From Octopus sinensis (lineage: Eukaryota), in contig NC_043009.1 of assembly GCF_006345805.1 (NCBI RefSeq), positions 32,488,001 to 32,552,000 of the forward strand: 64,000 nt of DNA. The letters run 5' to 3'. Below, piece after piece: positions 1 to 13,368 of this stretch (position 1 is its first letter; each line of letters starts with the position of its first letter). Both the position numbers and the translations under genes were made by a program. The notes under the pieces are model-generated. The model ran no database searches and was not told where the DNA came from. It saw nothing but the letters and a program-made list of their open reading frames with translations.

Positions 1-1850
1 TAGGTGATGGTCCTGTCAGTGTGATATCATAAAGGTCTCCTACAGTAGAACTTTGCTGCATATACCTGGGAGTCAGCCTCAAGACCTGTTCCGCTGTGGC
101 CGTTCAATACTTGGACATTCCTTGATTGCACATGTGCTACTTCTTTTGCCTAAAAATTCAACGGGCTTTGTGCCTCAAGAATAGTGTTCAGGAGAGCAGA
201 AAAAATAATAAATCTATTATCATATCGGCATTAATACACACAAACAAAATACATACGCATGTACACGCGCATACACATACACACACATAGTCTATACTTT
301 CAAACATTTGTTTCCCTGCGAATTGTTTTAAGAATAATATATATGTCGTGTTTGTAATGCCTTTTCGATGTTCCATAAATCATCACTCAAGTGTCGTACG
401 AATACATGTATGTACAACAGATTATGTCTTCGTTATCCTTCCATAGTTAAGAGTTACAAACATAAACCGTAACAGAACAATATGATAGTGTCTGAAAAAA
501 TAGTGGAACTTTCAGATAAACTTAATCAAATGCATTCGTTCAACATGACAAAATTGTATCATGGAATCAAATTGCAATAAGAAAGTATTTAGTTAATGAG
601 GCAGATGTTAATGTTTTACGCATTAAAATGCAATTAACCGTATTGAATCTCTTTATGTATGTGTTGTAAAATAATTGTATTTGAAATTACATTTGGCTGT
701 AACCTATGGCTTTATGATTAATATCGCAACACATGTAAACTTGAAACCCACTTGAATTTCATCGCTTTGTATGGATTAACTGCAAACGAATATTTAAACA
801 ATTCTAAGAAATTCAATAAATGTTATTTAAAAGAAATGTGAAATCAGATAAAATCTCATCAAAAATGCAGTAAAAAAAGAAGCGCACGATGATAGAGATA
901 CGAGTAAGTATTTGAAACACGGAGAAAATAATTTGCATTAAGACTCTTGAGAACTAGAAGCAAAGTCAAAAGTTATCCTTCATGAACTCAATTTCTAAAC
1001 AAAAACGATTTTTTATTCACATTAGATTCGAGTTAAATTCAGGAAAGGTCATAATTCCATGCCATTTGACATTTGATAAGATCTGAAAAAATACAAGCTT
1101 AATGAAAAGATTAACAAAAGAAAGTATACAATTGAGAATTTTGGGGTGCTTCAAGTGCAGCAACGGGGTTAAAAGGTTGAATGAAATGCTGATAAATAGA
1201 TAAATAAAACTGATTACTGACTGGCTCCGTCTTTCTCTGTTCTAAATTAAATATAAAAGGTGTTTCGTAAAGAAATAAATTAGTTATATCGAGATTTACA
1301 AAGTATTCATGCAAATATATACACTGTACATATAAACAGTTGATTTAATAAAGATAAAAACGAGATCTAAGTGCATAAAATCTATGTATCGAGATATGCC
1401 GAATTTCATTGCATAAACTAGATTGCACATTGAGTATCTTTATTCGTAAAAAATCACACTTCATCTTCAAATGCAACAAATTTACAATAACATAACAACG
1501 TAGAATTATAATTTCGAGATTGTGCATTTGTGACAAGAGAAGATCTATGAAGGGACGAATAGAAAACAGACAACTACGTATTAAGCTTAACGTATGATAT
1601 CACTGAAAGGCATGATGCTCTGAACCTTTATCTGAGAGAAAATTTCTTCCTAGGCATATGGAAAAACACCTGAAATCCATAGTCATAGAGAAGCGAGACA
1701 ACTCACACCTTAGATGCTTTTCGCTCCAAAGTGGGACCCAGGGTCTTTTATTCCACCTGTGTGTCAGTATGTGTTTCAGGTGTTTTAACAACGGCGCTTT
1801 CAGAGAATCGTCTCCACTGCGAAAAGCATATATGTGTATATGTGTTCGAT

Positions 1851-1903
<53 letters not shown>

Positions 1904-1959
1904 TGAGAGTGTCATAGTTCGCTCGAAGCATCTTATTATCGAAGAAGGTAAAACAAAGA

Positions 1960-3050
1960 AAGAACAGAAAGTTTCTAATAACGCCGAAAGTTTAATAAAA
2001 CGTTTAGATTTCAGGCGCAAAAACCCAGCTCCAGAACAAATACAAACTGGGAAATGTCCAGTTTCATATATTTCGTTAACACATTAAAATCCCCTAGTTT
2101 TATGGAGCAGCAGCAGCAGTCACTCTGCAAACGTAGGTGTAATCGACGTTCCAAACATTGGTGTAAACAAACACTCAACTGCTGCTGTGGGCTACTCACA
2201 TCTGTAGGATGGTGTGACGGCGTTACACCAAGCTGCCAACATCCGATCGCTACTATAAACAAAAATCCGAATATTATTGTAGGTCATTATCTGTGGTGTG
2301 ACTTCGTTATAGTAGTAGTAGTAATAGTAGTAGTAGTAGCAGCAGCGGCCACCCCCCAAGTGTTTCCGGCTGTCCGAGCGCTGGAGTAAACAACCCCCAT
2401 CCGCTGTATTAGTAAGCTATTCACCATTTGTTGGGTGTTGTTGTAGGAGCCACCGTCTCAACTCCGATCGACTGTTAATATTCGGGTTGAGGCAGTGGAT
2501 CAGTAGAGCCTCTTTTATACGTAAACTGCTGGTGTTGCTCTCTAAGGCTAGTATAGAGGTGTCTATCTCCTTGGTAGTATGGCAACATCTGGTCAGGTGT
2601 GTGTGGAAGGAGGGTATATTGGTAGTGAGATACTATTTAGTTCGGACGTGGAGTAGTCGTGTTATGACAACACCCAACAGATAGATGGTGCATGGCCTAA
2701 TACAACAGCTGAATGTTTGTTTACACCAACATTCAGAAATCCGACAACACTTGGAGAGTAACTGCTAAAACTACTACTATTAAGATAATGTCGTCCCACC
2801 ATCCTACAGCTGGGGAGTAGCCTACAACAACGGTTAGAAGTTTGTTTACACCAACACTTGGAGCGTCGATTACGTCAACGTTTGAAGAGTGACTACTGCC
2901 GCTGCATAACGCTAGGGGATTTGAATAGGTTAACGGAACCTGCATAACTGGACATTTCCCAGACGGTTTTTCTTCTGAAGACGGGCTTTTGCACCTGAAA
3001 TATAAAGTTTCCTAAAAGTTTCGGTATCGACAGAAGGCTTATTCTTTCGA
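1960..3050. mobile_element. Degenerate ~1.1-kb foldback (inverted-repeat) element, possibly Penelope-related
   Basis: 1984-2230 matches the reverse complement of about 2790-3024, e.g. CTGGGAAATGTCCAGT...ATCCCCTAG...CAGTCACTCT.CAAACGT...GGTGTAAACAAAC. Internal subrepeats extend the symmetry towards a centre near 2540. Flanked by (TA)n on both sides. Confidence 0.75.
2972..3007 (+). ncRNA. Degenerate minimal type I hammerhead-like motif
   Basis: CTT-CTGAAGA-CGGGC-TTTT-GCACCT-GAAA-TAT-A-AAG: 3-bp stem I, CUGANGA and GAAA core boxes, imperfect stem II, palindromic ATAT helix III. The mirror copy at about 2001-2037 (minus) has a mutated core (CTGGAGC). Confidence 0.4.
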
Positions 3051-3080
3051 TTTTCCTTTCTCATATATATATATATATAC

Positions 3081-3154
<74 letters not shown>

Positions 3155-3200
3155 TGTGTGTGTGTGTGTATGTATATGTATATGTGTATATATATATATA

Positions 3201-4545
3201 GGGTCATCACATAAATAATGCGTTGTTTTTCAATTGCATGAATTAAAGTCGATGGGGGACGGGATAAAGTACCTGCATCAATTTGAAATATATGCAGGTA
3301 GTACTTGTACCTTTTACTTATTCTTAGTGGAGCTTTTGGAGAGTGCAGTTAGATTTTAACAGTTATCTTTTTAAAGCTACAATAGAAGTGACAAAGGACC
3401 ATATTTAACATATTATGCTTTTCTGAGTTCAATGAAGGCAACAACGTAACGGAAAGTACGAGGAATATTAATGCAATATATGGGGATTGGACAATAAGCG
3501 TAAACCAGTGTCAACGGTGATTCCAGAAATTCCGAGCCGAAAACTACAGCCTAGAAGACGAGCCTCGTCCTGGAAGATCTGCAGAGCTCGGTGAGAACGT
3601 CCTGCAAACCATCGTAACTGCTGAGGAACTAACAGAGAGGCTTGAATTTGGTCATTCAATCATTCATCGACACCTGTGTGGAATCGGAATAGTCAGCAAA
3701 CTGGGTCATTGTGTTGCTTACAAACTTTCCGGGATTAATCCCGTGCAGAGAGTGAATGTGTGCTCTTCTTTGCTGTCACGCCTCATGAATGAACTTTTTT
3801 GGGGCCGAATAATGACTGGTGACGAGAAATGCGTTCTCTATATGCATGTCAAGCACCATAGATAGTGGGTAGGGAAAGGAGAAACACCGGCATACCCCAG
3901 GCTTAAGAATGTCTTCGCCCACGTGAGGTCTTGTTATCTGTTTGTAAGGATATGAAAGGTTTAGTCTACTTTGAACTTTTAAAGTCAAACTAAACGATAA
4001 CAAATATCTATTGCGAGCAGCTTGAGCAGCTTATGTCAGCGCTAGAAGAAAAACAACCATATTTGGTTTCCAGATGAAAGGTGTTCTTCCATCAGGATAA
4101 TGTTTGGCCACATACAGCAAGGATGATATTCGAAAGGCTGGAGCAGTATGAATGGGAAAGGATACCCAACACACCGTGTTCGCCAGACATTGCCCCATCT
4201 GATTATCATTTATTCTGCAGTCTTCAAAATCCTTTCTACTAAAAGCACAAGGCCTGAAATTGTGGGCGAGGGGGCTAATCGATTAGATCTATCCCAGTGC
4301 GTAACTGGTACTTGATTTATCGACTCCGAAAGGATGAAAGGCAAAGTCGAATATGCAGTCTTCAAAATCATTGGACGGAAAAATATGAATTCTGTAGACG
4401 AGGGAAGAACAGTAATAGAAGAGTAGTTTTCGTCACGGACAAAGGAATTTTGGAAGAAGGGCCTTGGAAGTCTACCAGATTGATGGAAGAGCACTGTAGA
4501 AAATGAAGGAGAGTATATTTGTTTATCTTAATTTTGAAAAATAAA
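3201..4545 (+). mobile_element. Decayed mariner (DD34D) DNA transposon; transposase pseudogene ~3382-4530
   Basis: Frameshifted translation gives FQKFRAENYSLEDEPRPGR, IMTGDEKC, FFHQDNVWPH, PCSPDIAPSDYHLF and a W..GL..LP..W...VENEGEY-like C-terminus. Many stops. No matching right TIR seen. Confidence 0.9.
4232..4353 (-). mobile_element. 5'-truncated tRNA-SINE (family A) inserted in the mariner catalytic domain
   Basis: Contains the reverse complement of the GCCTTTCATCCTTTCGG.GTCGATAAA core. Flanked by a 16-bp TSD TGCAGTCTTCAAAATC at 4216-4231 and 4354-4369. Confidence 0.85.
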
Positions 4546-4926
4546 AGATGTATTAAATATATATATATATATATATCAGGAAGCGAGATAAAGAATGGCC
4601 CAGCAAGGGAATGTCAGACCCGTTCTCACTTCCTTGATTCTAGCCAGTCATAAGTACTTGTCGACACATCGCTAAACGATGACAAGAGTATACGTTGCTC
4701 CTATACATATTGGTTCAAACTCAACATGTCTATAACGACTTTCTCTTAGACAAAATTTCACAGCATTTTACCTTTCAATGATGTATATACATTAGGTATT
4801 ATGCACAGATGTCTATTTAAATTTGATAGTGTTTCAAATGCTTATGCCAAATATAAGAGAGAAAATAATTTTAATCATTGAACAACATAAAACTCTCATA
4901 TTTATGTCTTCGTTTACTCCTTGATA

Positions 4927-5033
4927 CAGGCATCCAGCAACAGGACCTCCGTAATGCTATGATGGACCGTGCAGTCTGCCGTAACATAGTAAAATCCATT
5001 GTCTCGACCAAGGTCGAACAATGATAATGATTA
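4927..5033 (+). mobile_element. Extreme 3' end of an RTE-clade LINE with TSD
   Basis: Reads IQQQDLRNAMMDRAVCRNIVKSIVSTKVEQ*, followed by a TGA/TAA-type tail. 13-bp TSD TTACTCCTTGATA at 4914-4926 and 5034-5046. Confidence 0.7.
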
Positions 5034-5942
5034 TTACTCCTTGATATTGAAATTATTAAAACGCTCTTCTATCATCAAAACCTGACTGTTAAGAAGTGTT
5101 GTTAATTGTTTCCAAAATCGCAATCCTTACAGGAATGTTGCACATCTAATTTCAGCATTGAATTTCAAAAAGCGCTTAATATTAATTTTCTTAATTCCTA
5201 TGTGCTGAGTTCAATTGCTCTGGTGTGTGTGTTTTTTTTTTAAAAGACCAAAGTCATACATATCACATGGAGCAAAATTCAAACCATTTTCGAAGACAAT
5301 ACAGCACAATGATATTTTATATCAATGGTTTTAACCTAGAGAGGGTCATCTAACTCTTGGAGTTCCATAAAAGATTTTGTTGCCAATGTTTATGTGCAGT
5401 AAATTATTTTTGCTTCAAGAATTTGTTATACCTTCCCTAATGATATTTAATATATTATAAAAACAGAAAGGGATTTTGGCAAAAATTGCATTCTGCAGAA
5501 TAAAAGAGGAATCAAAATGGTTTGATCTATGCCAATACACAAAGAAGCATTTTACTTAAGTTAACAATCTCATTATGAACTAAATATATTTTCCAACACG
5601 TGTAAAACAGTTAATAGATGATTTATGTTAAATTAGAGTAATTTAAATTAACCAATTGCTACCTGTATGCAACAATATATCAGCGCCGTAAATCACTATT
5701 TTTATGTCTTAATGAGTAAATAATTTGGCAAGTGATTCAAATCAAAGTTTTTTCACGGAAATTCGCTTTGATTTACGATCTTCTAGAGTTTTCTATAGTG
5801 ATGTATTCGCAATAACGCAATCGACAAATTTAATAGTACAGAAGAATGAACTGTTACTTGCTATTTGTGATATTTAACTAAACGTGATAGCTTCTCAGAA
5901 GAGTCTGCAACTGATTATTGTCTGAATTGACGATCCAATTAG

Positions 5943-6189
5943 AAAAGTTCTATGTGGTTATTCCAATTGCTAGAAATTGTAAGTCATCGCTCTCAAATCA
6001 CAGTCAAAATTATTTTAATAATGAATGATATGAATTGCAACAAAGTTTTAGATACACTATGTGAAAATGGTTGGCTGAATGGCGAGAGCCCGGATGTCTT
6101 TTATCATGTTTGCTTAAACGGGACTGATCTGTTTGTAAACAACAAGAGCAAGAACAATGACAGAAAATCTTTCTCTGAGATAAAAGCAG
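5943..6189 (+). CDS. Candidate exon, weakly similar to an ANF-receptor/iGluR-type extracellular domain
   Basis: Open frame LFQLLEIVSHRSQITVKIILIMNDMNCNKVLDTLCENGWLNGESPDVFYHVCL, bounded by AG (5941-5942) and G|GT (6190). The similarity is by eye only. Confidence 0.25.
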
Positions 6190-8125
6190 GTGTTTCAAAA
6201 CCATTTTTCAAATTTCAATTTTTTTCTAATACAGAACGTATTTTGTCTTTTTTTATATCACCATAAAGCTTAGTGCTTAAACAGACACCAAACATGTTTG
6301 TGATATATTCAGGCGCCACATTTGATAGATTAGCAAGATAAATTAACATGAGGATTGAACGCATGACATTGATTTATTTGACCAACATCTTACAATTTAC
6401 AACATCCAAGACGTCAAAATACTAACCAGAATACTGATGATCATGGTTTCTAGTACACGTTTTTAATTAGCAAGCTTACATTCATCAATATATAGATGAT
6501 GACCACATGAAAGTAAACAGCATATATTTTACTTAATCACCGACAGTATCACATCAGAACACGTATTAACTTTACATCTTTTTTATTTTCTAAATACCGA
6601 TTCTGTTTAGAAATACAAATGTTTTACAGCATTTAGAATATCCGATTATATTTCCTGAACACGCAAAATAAGGTTACATATTTAGATACTGATTCATAAC
6701 GCTGACAATACTTCGAAAATAGTAAGATTCTAAATGAGGTTCAATAGTAACATCTGAGACGAAATTCACTTCTATCTACACCAAAATAAGCGTTTAACTT
6801 CTATAAAAATGCTTACCAGCTGAAGGTCGTTCTTTTCACTGAAATTTGTGTTAATCCCTCCACGCCATTACTTTTCGGAAATAGTGTATCGAGAACAAAA
6901 TGTGCTTGGTTGGGTGTGATTTGTAAGAGTTTTAAAGACAAAGAACTATTTACTCGTAGACTACGCAAAGTGTTAAATGTTCACATGGAGGTGAGATCTG
7001 AGTCTCCCAGCTGTACCTAGTCTACAATTTTGATAGGTTGAGACGAGTGTGGGTTTGTCTGTTTCCTCTAGCTGCTCGTTTAAGTGTTGAGTTGAAAGGG
7101 GAAATATAAAATGAAAAGGATTAAAAAGACATATTCAGTACAAAAACATGAGAACATTTTCTGAATATACTGCAGGGTACGCGTAGCGATAATGTTTACA
7201 TTATTTACAGAATTCAGCTGTCAAGCTTAAAATATAAATAATTGTAACTCATAATTTCAAAATCTAATGACATTAATTGATTTGGGAAAATAGTCAGGTT
7301 GAAACAAATGTATCATTAAGGACACCTTCGTCATGGCCATTCCGTTTTTTTTATTATTATACAATCTGTTGTGTTTGCTGTAGCTAGCAGACCGAGCATC
7401 CACGTATATTTTCCTACGGTATTTTGCGTTTCTCCAGAAAATGTTTAACGCATTCATCATGGAAACAGGAAGACTTCCAATCAGATATCATCAGTCTCTT
7501 GGCGGTTTTTCATTCAAGATCGCAGTACATATTACATGCAATTAAACATAGAATTCTGCTTCTTAAGTATATTAATTTGCATATTTTCTAGCATGTATTC
7601 AGTACTCAAGCAAGAACCTGTATCATCACAACCTTACATCCAGCTATACGCAAAAGACATTTTTTCTTTGATTTCGGATTAATATTTCTAAATAAAAGCA
7701 GATAAAATATACTATTATATATTTCTCGTACGTTTTCTGATAACACTGCTATATTCTTACAAGTTGTAGGGTTTTTTTCAACTAAGTCGTTTCTTTCTAT
7801 TCTTCTTCTTCACTTTTGTCTTCTCTCATATTTCCCCGCTTTCATTTTTCCTCATATTAAATTCTCCCATATTAAATTTTTTTCAAAAGATATCAATAGA
7901 AAAAAAAAGAATAGTTTATATAAAAATAAGAATTATAAATCTGGTATTTGTAAGCGAATGAAATTCTAAAAACTGTCAAAAAGAAAGATTTACTTATAAG
8001 AATTTATATAATAAAATAAAAAGTTTCAAAGTCCTTTCAGATATCGTGCTTATTAAGCTTATATATTACTAAATATTTTTTTTTCTTTAAGTGAATACAT
8101 ATAACGTTGGGAGGAACTTATATGA

Positions 8126-8175
<50 letters not shown>

Positions 8176-8714
8176 TTATGTGTGTATGTATATGTATATA
8201 TACATATATGTATATATATATATGTATGTATATATATATATATGGCAAACATTTTTATCAACACAAATTTATTCCCTATATTTACACACTTACACATACC
8301 TCTGTATGTGAGTATACGTTTATATTTCTATTTATACTTATCTGTACATATGTCAGAGAAACACTATGTCATATTTCGATTCGCAAATATGAGATCTGCA
8401 TTTCACTCTCACTCTGTGGCTTCTGGAGTGAAGAGCATTTTCTCTAGGTTCAGGTCAGCGCATAGCTTGTGAATAAAACTGGAAAGCCGAAAACTATATG
8501 AAGGACCGTCTGTTGGATTGGACCTTTAAATTCAAACAACCCCATACAATTTTTAATGCTAATTCCACATTAAGAGAACACACGAGTCCGTGAAATAGTC
8601 AGCGATTTACACTTTAATTAAAGATGAGTTACTTCTGTTGATCGACTGCTGACAGAAATCTCGTCAAGACAATACCCAATACCACATGTGCACCAATTGA
8701 TATATATATATATA

Positions 8715-10003
8715 CAGGGTGGGGAAGCAAAATTTACAATATTTTGAAGCAGGGATTGAAAGACAGTGTATGACAAATTTGTTTATTGGAAGCCATGAGA
8801 ATTTATTTGCCACAAGACAATTTACATAATAGAAAATATTTTTATTCTATGTGTCCTCCTTCTTTCTCAATAACTGCCTTCACACGCTTCCTGAAACTTG
8901 CACAGGCATTCCTCAAATATTCGGGAGACAACTTCTTCCATTCTTCTTTAATAGTATCTTTAAGAGAGTCGACATTGCTGTGTGATGTTCTATTGGTAGC
9001 ATGTTCTAAAACGCCCCAAATAGCATAATCCAGAGGGTTTAGATCTGGGCTAGAAGACGGCCATAAACATGATTCCAAAAAATTGCTAAAGTTGGATTTG
9101 CAGAAATCTTGTATTTTTCTAGCTGTGTGGGCTGGAGCACCATCCTGTGTCCATACATAATTACCATCTGGGTAGTTTGCTTTAAGCCATGGCAATACCT
9201 CGTAGCTCAGAGTCTTGTAGTAAGTATTAACATTGATCTTTTCATCAGCTTTGTGGAATTTTATAGGCATTTTCTTTCCATCGGAAGCCACAACACCAAA
9301 AGCCATAACTTGAGCAGGATGTTTTGTTTTGAATGTCCCCTTAACCTCAGCTGTTGATTTTGCGATAAATCTGTCATTTCTGCATTTTAGAACAGCATCG
9401 ACAGTGAAGATCTTTTCATCTGAAAAGATCGTTACAATGGAGGACATTTTCTTGAACCATGTAATAATTTTCTTGCACCTCTCCAATCTGTTTTCCTTCA
9501 TAGCTGTTGTCAACAAGGGTTTTGGTGTTCTTGTGTAAGATTTTAACCTCAAATCATATTTACAGCATTTCTAATGGTCGTGTTGTCTACCTCAAGTTCA
9601 ATTGCCATTTTTCACATGGATTTGGTTGGATCCCTTAGGATTTTGGATTTGAGAGCTTTAATAAAAGCTTTGGTACGATTTTTGTTGATTCCTCCACTTC
9701 CAGATATCTCCGTAATAGTTTTGCCCATAGCCATTCTATTCTTTATATTATAAACAGTCTTTATAAACACTCCAACTGTTCTTGAAATCTCCTTTGGTGT
9801 GAGGAGTGCATTCAGCAAATCACACATTCTTTGACGTTTGCTTTCCTGATTACTCATATGGGCAAAAGTTTCTGAAAAGGTGAGTATAATAGTGTTAGGT
9901 ATGTGAATGACATCAATATATGCTAGATTTCAAAATAATTGACTTAGTGCCTCCTGAGAAAAAACAACTTAACGTTCATTGTAAATTTTGCTTCCCCACC
10001 CTG
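8715..10003 (-). mobile_element. Full-length Tc1/mariner element of the DD37D (maT) family
   Basis: Perfect 26-bp TIRs CAGGGTGGGGAAGCAAAATTTACAAT at 8715-8740 and 9978-10003, TA-flanked within (TA)n, total length 1289 bp. Confidence 0.97.
8842..9857 (-). pseudogene. DD37D transposase with two lesions
   Basis: FSDEK, QDGAPAH and WPSSSPDLNPLDY, with 37 residues between D2 and D3. One in-frame TGA at about 9612-9614 and one 1-bp frameshift at about 9560 separate the N-terminal HTH part (9612-9857) from 8842-9552. Confidence 0.93.
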
Positions 10004-11353
10004 TATATATATATATATATACATAATTGTAAATGTATATATAATCGTATATGTCATATATATTCATAGTTCTTAAATTAACACAAATAACTAATACCTT
10101 ACCGGTTATGCATATATAAACTGACGGAGGGATAAGCAAGCAGGGAAAGATACAGATATACATAGTGATATAAATATATAGAACCTCTACACCACATGTA
10201 AAATTCTAACATGAAATAAAGCTCCTGATAGCAAGTATATTTTCGTAAGAACCTAAATTTTAAAATTCTGCGTTCAAAAGTACTAACATTTCATTTGACA
10301 TAGCACAACATTTGTTCATAAACCCATTACTAATGGTAAGGATTGTGTAAAAAGTGAATTCCTCCTGAACGCTTATTTTATTTTAGTCGTGTATTTAGTA
10401 TCGATATTTACATTTTTCTTTCTTAAATGAATCTAAATGAAATACATTAAGAGAATCGATTACCATCAGAATGTATTGCAGACGGAAAGTTCTGAGAGGT
10501 TTACTTGAATGTAGATTCTAGAATCTATCAAATATATGACACTAAATGACGAAAAATCAATATCAAAAGAGTCCCACTTCAGAATATATCCTCAATTAAA
10601 AAAAAACAAAAAACAATACAACATTTGGGAAATAATCAATACCGCTCTTAACAGCGTCATAGCGTATTGTATATTAATATGTCACAACAGGTGTAGCACT
10701 ATATCATGATATCATAATATAAACTTGACCTCGGTACGCAGCTAAATTCACTAATGAATAATGCAACCATTTTAAATATGTGAATATGATTCAAATTGAT
10801 CTGTTTAAAAATATCCTATTAAAGTTACTTGGGATATATACGTAAATAAAATTTTGCAATATTATAGGCATTTTTACATTAGTTGTAATATATTTCATAT
10901 GCCATAAGGGAATCTTTTATTTCTAATATTTCCCTGTTAATAAAAATTGCAATTGAGATAAATGTTTTAGCGGAATATTCCTTATGTATATATTTAACAT
11001 CTCCCTAATTTTCCCCTTCGGCCTTGAGCTGTTTAATTTGCACTTTTTTTTTGGTATTAATTGAAATTAAAATGTCAAAGTTTCACAGAAACAAAGGAGA
11101 GAGATTCATTCTTGTTGTTGCTTTCAAAATTATATCACAAATATTTTCAATTAATATAATTTCATTTAATAAACATCCGGGCTGCTCAAACTAATGATTA
11201 AAATCATTTGTCTCTTTCTGACATATTGTATGGTTTCTTGCCCTATTTGGTATTAAAGGTTAAGCCTCTAGCAAAGATTTCCCTAGATAGAAATATATGA
11301 ATACGCAATATATATATCCATATTGTACTTATATATGTATATGTATGTGTGTA

Positions 11354-11396
<43 letters not shown>

Positions 11397-11404
11397 GCAT
11401 ATAT

Positions 11405-11438
<34 letters not shown>

Positions 11439-11639
11439 CATATGTGTGTGTGTGTATGTTTGTACTGTTTATATATATATACACATATATAACTATGTAT
11501 GCCAGTGTTATATGTACTGATAATTTGTGAGTGATTGTCAAGAAATAATGCAATTATAAGTTATTTTCCAATGACAAAATTGTGTTCAGAAAAGGGTTCT
11601 ATTGCAAGTCAATATCACCTGTATCGCTTGAATTGACCA

Positions 11640-11812
11640 GAGTGTCTGGTGTCGAGTCGGCTCCGCGGGCCACATCATTTTCTCCATTTCCTCTTTGCTC
11701 CTCTTCCCACATGATTGGAGGTTTTGCAAGTGGTCTCTTCCGTTCGTGCGGGGATCTTTCAACAACTTTACGGGTCCACCGATTGTCTGTGAATATTACG
11801 ACCTTAAGAAAA
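11640..11812 (-). mobile_element. RTE-clade LINE ORF C-terminal fragment
   Basis: Frameshifted DNRWTRKVVE..IPHERKRPLAKPPIMWEE resembles the RTE DNRWT..V.EW.PR..KR..GRP..RW motif. Confidence 0.6.
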
Positions 11813-12378
11813 GAAGGCTGGTTATATGAAATACAAATATTTGTTTTCTAAATAATAAAACATCGCTGTGTGATTAAATACATCGTATTCCATCGGCCGA
11901 ATCTTGGTAACAATGGACCTGCCAGTTCTGGTTCACACACCACCCGATTTTTCTCATACTTGTTCTCCTATTTCTGTCTTTCCTTTCTTTTCCTTCTTCT
12001 TCCAATTCTTCTCTTTTGCCTTCTTCATTTCATTATCCTCTCCTCCTTCCCTTTCTCCTTCCTATTTTTATACGTGCCCACCCCCTTGATCCCCTCTGCC
12101 ACATAATTTCTTCCCCATAGAGCCTTCCCGCATATACACTTTTAATTTTTACCTTTTATTTCCTGCCGATACTTTCATAAGAACTAAGTCTGAAAGACGC
12201 ACAATATAATAGCATGACTTTGATGCATGCATGAGAAAGTTCCTCTCCAATGCCTAAAACCGCATATATTACGTGATATTTCTTTTAGACTTTTTCCGCG
12301 TAAATTGGTGTTTCAAATAGACAGGGTACGGAAACGTGTAACTTATAATTAAAATTCTCTTCTTCATCTTCTTTCATT

Positions 12379-12549
<171 letters not shown>

Positions 12550-12796
12550 CATATATATATAAATTAGGATATCTCAAAGATATCACCATGCTGAAATAGC
12601 AATCGAAATCCTGACCCTAAAACCACCTTAAATGTTCATATCGCGCTCGGGCAGAAGACAGAGAGACAACATTAACAAGCAAAAAAGACTTTTCTGGATA
12701 ATTCAAGATCCTGGATTTCTGATTTTGCATAAGAGAAGCTCTGCCTTCGTCAGTTGACTATACCAGATAAGCACATAAATACATACATACATATAT

Positions 12797-12898
12797 ATAT
12801 ACAGAACATACGTTATACTTACATATACGAACGCTCATACATATATAAGCACGTATGTACAAGACCAGCTTAAATTGCACGCCTGGTCTTGTATATAC

Positions 12899-12983
<85 letters not shown>

Positions 12984-13020
12984 CGTTCGTATATGTAAGT
13001 ATAACGTATGTTTTGTATAT
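12797..13020. repeat. Near-perfect palindrome (MITE-like) with (TA)n expanded in one arm
   Basis: The left arm 12797-12868 (ATATACAGAACATACGTTATACTTACATATACGAACGCTCATA...GCACGTATGTACAAGACCAG) is the reverse complement of 12883-13020 apart from an ~80-bp TA tract. 14-nt spacer. Confidence 0.9.
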
Positions 13021-13158
13021 CTCTCAGATACCCTAGTTTATGGTTTTAAGTAATTAGTACCTTTGTATGGTATTTCCTCCCATGTTGGCCACTTGATAAG
13101 ATCGATCTTTAAATATCAATATTATCTTTATTTATAAATATATACATATGTATATATA

Positions 13159-13212
<54 letters not shown>

Positions 13213-13224
13213 GATGATCTTATT

Positions 13225-13368
13225 TTAGTTTCCGCCAAACAAATTCATTAACAAGGCCTTGGTTTGCTCGAGGCTATAGTGGAATACACTTGCACAGTGT
13301 GCCACACATAGGGACTGAACCCGGAACCATGTGCTTAGGAAGCAGGCTTCTTTCTACACAGCCACGCC
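13225..13368 (-). mobile_element. tRNA-SINE family B, 5' portion
   Basis: Reverse complement of GGCGTGGCTGTGTAG...CATGGTTCCGGGTTCAGTCCC...CTATAGCCTCGAG, homologous to 40888-41342. Confidence 0.8.

Noticed and set aside
6434-6460. Other CTGATGA/CTGAAGA hits (about 6434, 7488, 21306, 21645, 57199, 59026)
   Set aside because: None has a paired stem II followed by GAAA and a closing stem I, so they are not hammerheads.
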